Shown here: in pieces, positions 10,228 through 19,800 of the stretch
Numbering within the stretch: position 1 is the first letter of the stretch
Layout of the letters: every line of letters begins with the position of its first letter
Source of the DNA: a virus
Length of the DNA: 21,829 nucleotides
IMG/VR virus record: IMGVR_UViG_3300028844_002207
Span: 1-21,829 of that record
Strand: one strand, 5' to 3'
Notes under the pieces: generated by a model
Database searches by the model: none
What the model was told of the DNA's origin: nothing
The model's input: the letters and a program-made list of their open reading frames with translations, nothing else
Translations under genes and position numbers: made by a program

Positions 10228-10267
10228 CAACACGTGGTGGTTTGTTGGTTTTCTACTACAAACGTTG
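10228..10267 (+). other. Putative RNA hairpin with a 12-nt U/G loop just upstream of a terminator
   Basis: caac/gttg and gtggtgg/ctactac stems enclose the loop tttgttggtttt (10241-10252). Confidence 0.4.
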
Positions 10268-10268
10268 G

Positions 10269-10302
10269 AAGAGGCTGGATATATTCCAGTCTCTTTTTTT
10301 TT
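10269..10302 (+). terminator. Rho-independent terminator
   Basis: aagaggctgga-tatat-tccagtctctt stem-loop (one G-U pair) running into a T9 tract. Confidence 0.85.
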
Positions 10303-10304
10303 CT

Positions 10305-10312
10305 TATCTTTA
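10305..10312 (+). promoter_or_regulatory. Possible Bacteroidota -7 promoter element (variant)
   Basis: TATCTTTA is one mismatch from TAnnTTTG. It lies just after the terminator and 27 nt before the ATG at 10340. No clear -33 TTG. Confidence 0.4.
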
Positions 10313-10339
10313 CAATAAAAAAATCAAATTATTTAACTT

Positions 10340-11563
10340 ATGGATAATATAAAGCAAAAAGTTCTTGACAGTTTAAAATGGAAAAAGCACCCATCTTATT
10401 GTGCTGAAAAACTGAACATTACAGAAAAGCAATATAAGAAAGTAAAAAAAGAATTATTAGCAGAAAGAAAAAACAAAAGAAAGAAATCTATATTTTTTAG
10501 TAAAGCTGCAGACAATGCACAAATTGCAGAAGCAATTGATTTAGAAAATGGAACTGGGAAGTTATCTGGAACTTTTGATCATGAGCCTAAAAGTGCAGAA
10601 GAAATAATAATCTTACTAAAGATAGACACTGATAAATGGAAATTGTCTCAGTATTGGAATAAACAAATGGGTGATCACTGGAGAGTTTCAGCATTAGTAT
10701 CACAAATAAAAAATCCAGAAGAAAAACTATTTGAAGACTTACTAAAAAACTGGACTCCCAAAAAATACAAAATATCAAATATACCTTATAAAAATAAATT
10801 TACTGATGATCCACATTGTGCAGTAATATCTCTACAAGATATTCATTTTGGCAAAGAAGGTAATGATACCATAGATAAAGATTTTGAAGATACAGTTAAG
10901 AACTTAGTTAGTAGAGCAAATGCTATACATCACATAGAAACTATGTACTTTGTTGTAGGAGGTGATTTAATCAACATGGATACCTTCCAGGGCACAACTA
11001 CAAGCGGAACACTTTTAGACAACTGTATGAGCGCTACAGAGGCTTATGTACAAGCATTTGATGCAATGCATTGGGCTGTAACATATATTAAATCTTTTTG
11101 TGACAAATTAGTAGTAGTATATGTTCCGGGAAATCATGATAGACTTTCTTCTTATCATTTAGCTCATGCTCTCTCAAGATCAATAGACTGTGATAAGATA
11201 ACATGGGATGTAAAATATGAAGAAAGAAAGGTTCATGTATGGCATAATAACTTTAATGCATTTGAACATGGGGATAAGCGTAGCAAGAATAATCCTTTAA
11301 TATATGCATCAGAGTATCCAAAAGCTTGGGGTGACACAACAAACAGAACATTATTTAAAGGTCATATACATACAGACAGAAAGGTTGAATATATGACATC
11401 AAATGAAACAGCAGGTTTTATAGAAAAGACGTTACCTAGCCTGGGTAAAACAGATTACTATCATTATAGTAACAAATATGTAGGCAATAGACGTTCAGGT
11501 AAACTAGAAATACAACACCCTACAATGGGTAATATATGTGAATTAACTTATCAAGCATTGTAA
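10340..11563 (+). CDS. Calcineurin-like metallophosphoesterase (Mre11/SbcD-type motifs) with basic N-terminal region
   Basis: All five superfamily motifs in order: DIHFG (10838), GGDL, GNHD (11129), EHGD, GHIH (11360). The N-terminal CAEKLNITEKQY is HTH-like. Confidence 0.9.
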   Translation: MDNIKQKVLDSLKWKKHPSYCAEKLNITEKQYKKVKKELLAERKNKRKKSIFFSKAADNAQIAEAIDLENGTGKLSGTFDHEPKSAEEIIILLKIDTDKWKLSQYWNKQMGDHWRVSALVSQIKNPEEKLFEDLLKNWTPKKYKISNIPYKNKFTDDPHCAVISLQDIHFGKEGNDTIDKDFEDTVKNLVSRANAIHHIETMYFVVGGDLINMDTFQGTTTSGTLLDNCMSATEAYVQAFDAMHWAVTYIKSFCDKLVVVYVPGNHDRLSSYHLAHALSRSIDCDKITWDVKYEERKVHVWHNNFNAFEHGDKRSKNNPLIYASEYPKAWGDTTNRTLFKGHIHTDRKVEYMTSNETAGFIEKTLPSLGKTDYYHYSNKYVGNRRSGKLEIQHPTMGNICELTYQAL

Positions 11564-11601
11564 AGACCTCACATTAAATTTCTTTAAGTGGGGTTTTTTT
11601 T
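11562..11601 (+). terminator. Rho-independent terminator
   Basis: aaagacctcac-a-ttaaa-tttc-tttaa-gtggggttttt stem-loop with a T8 tract, immediately after the stop codon. Confidence 0.8.
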
Positions 11602-11617
11602 GTAAATTATAAATATA
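11598..11617 (+). promoter_or_regulatory. Putative phage-specific (late) promoter motif, copy 2
   Basis: ttttgtaaattataaatata; 18/20 identical to 7337-7356. Confidence 0.55.
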
Positions 11618-11622
11618 ACTGT

Positions 11623-12189
11623 ATGATCAACAATTTCAAAAAACCTGATTTGAAAGCTCCTAGATATAGAGAGAAAAGAATGGGGTTATTAAATGAAGAA
11701 ACAATCAAAGAGTTTAAAGACAAGAAACCTTTATACTCTGACATAGATAACGTTAAATTAAAAAAGATAATAAATATATATAATGTTAGACTTTGGAATG
11801 CTGTAGTAGAGAATAGAGATGGTGTAGAGTTGCCTGATTCATTAGGGTATCTATTTATTGGTACATGTCCTTCATCAAAATCAGTGAATACTAATTATGC
11901 TCTTTCAAATCAGTATGGTAAAGTCTTACAAAATAAAAACTGGGAAACAGATGGAAATTTAGGTAAAATATTTTATACAAATTACTCAACTAAATATAGA
12001 TTTAAAAATAGGGAGTTGTGGAGATTTGTAGCATGCAGAGATTTTAAAAGAACTGTTGCAAAAACTTACCCCATCAATTGGACCAAATATGTAGTAATGA
12101 AAAATAAATACAAGGTGGCTCATCTTTATGATGAAAACCCTGAAGAAACCATTAAAGCATTAAAGTATTATAATGAATTTGAAAAATAA
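11623..12189 (+). CDS. crAss-like IHF/HU-related protein (188 aa)
   Basis: Basic protein. KKIINIYNVRLWNAVVENRDGVELPDSLGYLFI resembles the HU/IHF helix-2/beta-1 pattern. Its position before the tail tube and stabilisation genes matches the conserved crAss-like gene order. Confidence 0.6.
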   Translation: MINNFKKPDLKAPRYREKRMGLLNEETIKEFKDKKPLYSDIDNVKLKKIINIYNVRLWNAVVENRDGVELPDSLGYLFIGTCPSSKSVNTNYALSNQYGKVLQNKNWETDGNLGKIFYTNYSTKYRFKNRELWRFVACRDFKRTVAKTYPINWTKYVVMKNKYKVAHLYDENPEETIKALKYYNEFEK

Positions 12190-12194
12190 AAAAC

Positions 12195-12869
12195 ATGGCA
12201 ACAATAGCAGACGTAGTATCAAGAATTAGAGGCCAAGTAAAAGCAGGAGTTCAAGATGCTTTTGTCACTGATAGATATATCTATAGCTTAATTGAAAAGT
12301 ATGCTCAGTTTTTAATGAGAAGGCAAGATTATGCAAATAAATTATTAAAATTTAATTCAGTATGGAAAACATTACCATATGTAGAATTAATTGAAGTAGA
12401 TAAAGTTGAAGCTCATTGTGCTGGAATACAAAGTGGTTGTACAATAAAACGTTCAAAACATAGATTACCTTCAATGTTTGAAGGTTACTGGGGTCCATTA
12501 ATACGTACCATTAGTTCAATAGATGGTTCACAAGAGCTGCAAGGAACCCAACCTGGTACATATACATCATTAACAAAAAGTACTTCTTTTAGATATAACA
12601 AAACATTATATTTTTGGTGGTTAGATGGTTACATCTACTGTCCAAACATTGCATGGGATGCAATTAAAGTAGAAGGTGTATTTGACTCAGATATAACTAA
12701 ATGGGATTGTGATACAGAAAATGATTGCACCCCTAGATATGAGCAAGAAATTTACATACCAGAAGCATTGTTTGCAGAAATAGAAAGCCAAGTTATTGCT
12801 ACTATGTCAGGTACATTACAAATACCATCTGAAGATTCAGATAACAAACGTAACATAGCAAGAACTTAA
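12195..12869 (+). CDS. Putative tail ring/adaptor structural protein (224 aa)
   Basis: The N-terminal TIADVVSRIR...TDRYIYSLI helix pair and C-terminal YIPEALFAEIESQVI helix are typical of P22 gp4-like/crAss ring proteins; gene order supports this. Confidence 0.6.
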   Translation: MATIADVVSRIRGQVKAGVQDAFVTDRYIYSLIEKYAQFLMRRQDYANKLLKFNSVWKTLPYVELIEVDKVEAHCAGIQSGCTIKRSKHRLPSMFEGYWGPLIRTISSIDGSQELQGTQPGTYTSLTKSTSFRYNKTLYFWWLDGYIYCPNIAWDAIKVEGVFDSDITKWDCDTENDCTPRYEQEIYIPEALFAEIESQVIATMSGTLQIPSEDSDNKRNIART

Positions 12870-12880
12870 AAAATACAACA

Positions 12881-13795
12881 ATGGGGGTATCACAAAAATA
12901 TAGAACTTTTAGTCAATTGATGGAAGATGTTTCCATTGATTTTTCAACGTATGCACTTGAAGGATTAATTGAACCTGCTCAACTTATTAAAGTTGCAACA
13001 CGTGTAAATTATGATTTAGGGTTACGTATACATAGAACTAAAGAAGTTATTATAGATATAGAACATGGTAAAGGTCAATTACCTTTTGATTTTCAATATT
13101 TAAACTACGCATTTAGATGTGGATCATACACTGTAAATAGCACAATGCCATCAGGAACCCATGTTGAAACATTCAATGACGTACCATATGTTCCTGCTCC
13201 TGGTGATGTAGCACCATGTGAAGATGGAAAGGTATGTAAAGATGTATGTGTTGTTAAAACATGTAATGATAAAGATAGTTATCAATTAGTTCAGAGAATA
13301 GGGGGTGGTCAATTTAGAACATTTAATACTTGGACTGAATTAAGAATCAAAGACGTTAATGATAAAGTTTGTTACTGTCCTAGTCTAGGTGCACAAGCAG
13401 TAGATATAGCAGAAGTAAAAGATGGTTTTTTAATAACTACGTTTAATACAGGAAAAGTCTATTTAAGTTACCAAGGTGCTATGGAAAATGCAGAGGGTGA
13501 TTTATTAGTATTAGATCAACCATATTGCAATGAATATTATGAGTATGCAATAAAACAAAGAATATTAGAAAATATGGTTTGGAATGGTGAGAATGTATCT
13601 CAACAATTACAGCTAGTAGAAAGTAGACTAAGAGGAGCAAGAAATAACGCATTAGGTTTTGTTAATACACCAAACTTCCAAGAAATGAGAAAAGTTTGGA
13701 ATATGAACAGAAGAGCACAGTATCATAATTATTACAATATGTTTTTAAGTTATGCGCCTGCTAACCCTCAAGTAGTAACAGGACCAAAGAGATAA
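12881..13795 (+). CDS. Putative tail tubular/ring protein (P22 gp4-like, crAss Ttub; 304 aa)
   Basis: GKGQLPFDF...GFLITTFNTGKVYLSYQG...EGDLLVLD...YYEYAIK pattern; lies directly upstream of the muzzle gene. Confidence 0.65.
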   Translation: MGVSQKYRTFSQLMEDVSIDFSTYALEGLIEPAQLIKVATRVNYDLGLRIHRTKEVIIDIEHGKGQLPFDFQYLNYAFRCGSYTVNSTMPSGTHVETFNDVPYVPAPGDVAPCEDGKVCKDVCVVKTCNDKDSYQLVQRIGGGQFRTFNTWTELRIKDVNDKVCYCPSLGAQAVDIAEVKDGFLITTFNTGKVYLSYQGAMENAEGDLLVLDQPYCNEYYEYAIKQRILENMVWNGENVSQQLQLVESRLRGARNNALGFVNTPNFQEMRKVWNMNRRAQYHNYYNMFLSYAPANPQVVTGPKR

Positions 13796-13801
13796 TATAT
13801 T

Positions 13802-16800
13802 ATGGCTAAAAAGGAAACACCTCCTCAACCACAGGGCAAAGGTTCATCATCAGTAAATATAAATACATTTACTAAAGGTATGAATAAAGATGTTGCTCCT
13901 TCATTTGAAGGTCAACAAGCATGGTGGCATGCAAGGAATGCAGCAAATAATTCTGAGGATGGAGATATAGGAATGATTGGCAATGAGCCATCAAACTTAT
14001 CATGTGGTGTTATTCCATATACAGTTATAGGTGCTATACATAGATATGGTGATGAGTGGATAGTTTTTTCAACTGATAATGTAAGTTCTGAAATAGGAAG
14101 GTTTGATGATAGTGAATGTAAGTACACTACATTAGTTAATGACCCGTGTTTAAATTTTACTAAAAAACATTTAATTACAGGTGCAGCAAAAGAAAATTTT
14201 GATTGTACTTGGGAAGTATATTGGGATGATGCAAACAATCCATCAAGAGCTTTAAATATAGATGATATACCCTGGAAAAAAGTTCAAATTACAGGTCCGG
14301 ATATTGATGGAGACCCGTGTGTTAGATATGAAATCATAGAACCTAAAAAATTAGATTGTCAAGAAATAAGATTAGCTCCACTAGTAGATACACCTTGTAT
14401 AGAATTAGATAAAGCAACAGACGGTGGTATGTTACGTAATGGAACGTATCAAGCATTTATTGCATATGTAGAGAATGAACAAAAAGTTACAGACTATATT
14501 GGTATATCTAATTTACAATCTTTATTTAGTCACCAAGGTTCAGATAGTTCTTTAAATATAAAAGTTTCTAATTTAGATCAAGATTATTATTATTATGAAT
14601 TAGTACTATTAATGAGAAACCAAGGCCAAACTCTAGCAAAGAGAATTGGTTTATATAGCACAGAACAATCAGACATTAATATTGATTTTATAGATCCAGC
14701 ATTACCTGCTATAGATTTAAAATTAATACCTCTTAGAAGTCCGGCTTATGAAAAGTCAGAGTCTATGTTTGTTGTAAATGATTGGTTAATAAGACAAGGA
14801 CCAACTGAACAATTTGATTTTAATTATCAACCTATTGCAAATCAAATCCAAACAAATTGGGTTATAAATTCTTTGTCTAGTAAGTATTACACATTAGGTG
14901 GAAACAAGTTAGGTTTCATGCGTGATGAGCAATATGCATTTTTTATTAGATGGATATATAATACAGGTGAAAGATCTTCTTCATATCATATACCCGGAAG
15001 GGCTCCAGAAAACTATAATGGTACTATGGAGAATGAAATTGTATTTGGAGATAATGTATTAAATACTGATGGAGAACCTTTATTTAAAGTATATAATACT
15101 GCAACTGCAACAAATTTAAATCTTAACGAACCTCAAGAAGATAATAGTTTAGTTATTGCAAGAGGTAAAATGGGCTATTGGGAATCAACAGAACTTTATC
15201 CATCTAACAGACCAGATATTTGGGGTAATCTATGTGGTAAACCTATAAGACATCACAAGATGCCTGATGAGTCAATAGGGGGTGCAAACTCTCCATTACA
15301 TATTAGTACTACTGATGGTGATAATATAAATTTAGTAGGTGTTGAATTTACTAATATTGGTAGACCTAAATATAATGACGGATCTTATATTGAAAATGTT
15401 GTAGGTTATGAAATACTAAGAGGGTCTAGACAAGGAGCAAGATCTATTTTGGCAAAAGGTATGTTTAAAAACATGCGTAAATATGATATACCAGATTCTG
15501 AAAATATACTAGGAAATTCACAAGGGTTGTATCCTAACTATCCTTATAACTCTTTGCAGCATGATGTATTTTTTCAAGATGGTACTAGAAATAAAACCAC
15601 AGAGAATTTTTGTGATCAAGGAGATTTTACAGGAAGTATAAATCATTATGAACCTTTAAAGGGATTTACAAAGGATGTGTTTTCTTTTCATGCTCCAGAT
15701 TTAATGTTTGCTAAACCATTTTTAAATGCATATGAAACTAAAATATATGGTAACATTCATGGCAAGTCTGCAGGCAGGTTTACTCCTTCAGAAGATCACC
15801 CACAATTTAAATTACTAAGACCTGCTGCTGCATCTCTTGCAGTAGTAATAGGAATTGGATATGCTCTTAATGCTGTTCAGGGTACTACAAACAAGAAAGC
15901 ATTACCGGTTCAAGGTTTGAATCCAGTATATGCACCATGGTTTGTTGGAGGTTTTACTAATGGTGGTACTGTAACAGGTGGATTTACTGCTGCCCCAGCA
16001 TCAATAGGTGCTTTAGCAATAGGTAATGCAATATGGGATATTTTATTAGATACACTATTAGATGACCTTGTAGATTTTGCAGATATATATGCAGGTGGAA
16101 TTGTTTCATCAACACAATTAAATATTCAGGGTGCAACTAACTTCGTAAAAACTGCAGTCCCTGGTACTCAAGGTGGTGGTATTGAAGAAGGAACAGTTTA
16201 TGATAAACCTGAAGCAGCAATGCCAAGTCTTCTAAGAGGAATCATTGGTGTATCAATGGCACAAAAGAATATTGCAATAGGTGGTGATGAAATCATTGAT
16301 TTATTTTATAACATGGTTAGTTTTTATGACTTTGTTTTAAAATATAACTCTACTGGATTCTTTAATAATTTTGCAAAAATTAATCAGAACGATATATTTA
16401 GAACAAAAAATAATGATTCTAATTATATAGGATCATCATTTCAAACTTTTGATGGTATTAAATATAAAATTAATAATTTATTTAGACCATCTACTGTAGC
16501 TGTTTCAACAGAAAAAGAATTAGCTATACCTACTACAGTTGATTATTCACGTTTTGCACTTGGTGGTTATGTAAGAACTGATGGTAGCGTTAATGATTTT
16601 CAAAATTCTTTAATTAAAGACTTTAGTAAAGCAGAAAGACAAACAAGTATATCTGCATTATACGGTGCTTTAAAGTTTAACTTTGATAATCAGTATGGTC
16701 AATTAGATGGTATAAAGCAAATACAAATGAGAGGTTGTGTTGAGTTATTAGATAATAACTTACCACCTGAAGCTTTATATACATCTAAACCAATCTTTAG

Positions 16801-19800
16801 TGGAGATGTGTCAATTAATAGATATACTGAAAAATGTATAATGCCTATTTTTACAAACTTCTTAAAAGGGCAACCCAACGGTCATGCATTTGATTATAGT
16901 TTATATGTAAACATACCTTATCCAAGATTTTGGTTAAACTCAACTAAGTTTGACATAAGTAATATGGCACGTGAAGTTGCAACATTAGGTTTAGCTTCAG
17001 GGTCATGGGAAGATGCTTTACCAACAAATCAATTTTATTTAGATAGAGGATCTGGAAACTGTCAAAGCACAAATCTTTTTGGAAGTCTGTTTGGAGGTTC
17101 AGGTGGAGGTGGAAATTTAAATCCTGCTTTTCAAATGAAAAGGGCATATATGTATACTCATATAAATGGGATTAATGAATTCTTTGTAGAGTCAGAAGTT
17201 AATTTAGCATATAGAGATTGGGAAGATTCACCAGATAAAAGATTCTATGACGCTTATGAGTATAATGACTTAGGTGTACTATTTCATGCTGATAATATTA
17301 AAGCAGATAACTTTTATAAGTATGATGATTCATTGTCTGGATCAAAGTTTCCAACTCAAATGACTTCATTTGGTCAGGTGCAACCTAGGGATTATGACCC
17401 ATATGTTTCTGAGACATGTTTTGTTAGTTATCCAAAAAGATTAATTTATTCATTACAAGCACAGGAAGAATCAAAAAGAGATTACTGGAGAGTGTTTTTA
17501 AATAATAACTATAAAGATTTTAAAAATGAAGTAAGTGTTATTAAACCTATAAATAAGAATGGAGCATTAATATTCTTCCCTTATTTATCTCCTCAAATGT
17601 TTCAAGGTCTTGATACATTAAAGACTCAACTAGACACAAAGCTTACTATAGGTGACGGAGGTTTATTTAGTCAACCGTTCCAAAATGTTGCAAATGCAGA
17701 TTTGTCAAATGAGTATGGATCATGTGAAAGTTTAAGAGGTGTTATTAATACACCATTAGGATTATTTTTTATATCTCAACAACAAGGTAAAATATTTCAA
17801 TATGCTGGTAAAGGTATGGACCCTATATCTAATAATGGAATGAAATGGTGGTTTAACAAATACTTACCTTCTAGATTTATAAAACAATTTCCAAGTTCAG
17901 AAAATACACAATGGACAGATAATCCTGTAGCAGGAGTAGGATGTCAAGTAATGTATGATTCAGTAGATGATATAGTCTACTTTATGAAAAAAGATTATCA
18001 ATTGAAGCCTGACTACATAGGTCAAGCAACATTTGTTGATAGACCGTTTAAACCTGTAGAAATAAGAGGAGAGGCAAGAGTACCAGTAAGTATTGATATT
18101 GGTGATCCAGTATATTTTGATGATTGCTCATGGACAGTGTCTTATGATCCAAAGTCTAAAGCATGGATATCTTTTCATGACTGGCATCCTGAGTTAGCTT
18201 TACCTAGTATAAATCATTTCTTTACAACTAAGACAGTAACTACTACAATACCACAATGTCCTCCGGGATATAATTTTAATTCTACTACTGGATTATGTGA
18301 GATAGGGATTAATGAATCAATACCTGCTGAAGTAACTATAGAAAACATTGCAGCTACAATAGGAGGTGGTCCTGTAAATTGTTTAGTTGATGTAGTAATA
18401 TCAATGGATGTATCTGGTAGTACTAATCAGTTTGGTAGAAGAGCGGCTCAACAAACTTGGTTGACTGCATTTTTAAATGATCCACAAATACAAACATTTA
18501 TGTCCAACAGTCAAATGCAAATTGGATTTGATGTATGGGATGGTGCAGCACGTGTTTATACTATGCCGGGAGGTGTAACAATGAGTCATACAATAACAGA
18601 AGCGCAAGCTACTGCTTGGTATAATGCAAACTGGACTGGTGGCTCAACTAATGTACTTTTAGGATTACAGACTGGTAATGGCATACTAACTAATCCAGCT
18701 AATTCAACATTAGGTGATAGAACATCACAACCTAATTATAGAGCTATACAGATTCTTATTACAGATACAACTAGTGCACCAGGTAATAATGTTGGTCAAA
18801 CTTTTACATCTGTTGGTGCAGGTACTGCTCCAGCATATCAATTTGTTTATGCAATGTATTGTGGTGCAACTTCTTCAATACCACCAACTCCGGGTGTATT
18901 GAATGATATATCTATGTCAAATGGGCCAGTAAATGTTGATCCATTTCAATTTGGTATTAATGCATCTGACCCAACAACTTTTCAAAGTGTAGCAACAGCA
19001 ATTGCAGGAGCTGTATGTGGTACTGATTTTACTTGTGATTGTCCAGCAGGATATACTAAAGTATTTTTAGATCCGGTTACTTCTACTTATACTGCAACAT
19101 CTGGTGCATGTGATGACGTAACTCCTCCAATATGTAGAAAGGTAACTTGTGAATGTCCAACATCAACAGTTCCAGGATCAACAACAACTCAATCAGGAAC
19201 ATGTCCAGATACAGCTCCTGGTATATTTATTATTGGAGATCCAACTTGGATAGATCCAACACCATTAATATGTAATTATTTCTATTTTGATTCTGTAACA
19301 CCTAATTATAATGTAGGAGGATTTTGGAGACACAATGTAAGATGTGATTCATTTGTAAATTATTATGGTGAAGACTATCCTTGGGAAATAGATTTAATAT
19401 CTAATACAGGTCAATCTGTTAATACAGTAAGAAGTTTTGAATATCAATTAGAAACTTATGTATATAAAGGAGACCCACAATATAATATGTGTGGTGGAGA
19501 TAAATGGGAAGATTTAGATTTTAACTTTGATGCTTCTATTATTTATAATAATGATCAAACATCAGGTTTACTATTATTAAATCCACAACCAGTTAATAGT
19601 CCTTGGACAAACTTAGACTTTCCAACTTTACAATTTAATGGTATACAAATACTAGTTTCTAAAGTAGAACACAAATTTAGATTTAATCAATTTTGGGATG
19701 TAACTAATGACAGAGGAGAATTCACAAATGCAGAGCAGCCTATATTTGATACATCATGTAATGGTTATGTAAGACCATTAAATTACATTAACATTAATTA

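Noticed and set aside
2433-18902. Short alternative-frame + strand ORFs (2433-2669, 5491-5706, 18714-18902)
   Set aside because: They are nested in long genes, and their L/Q/V/M-rich composition is what an off-frame reading of Gly/Thr/Ala codons produces.
18233-19315. Intein or intron as the explanation for the muzzle insertion
   Set aside because: No intein terminal motifs at the insert boundaries, no homing endonuclease motifs and no frame break; the content is vWA plus Cys-rich motifs.
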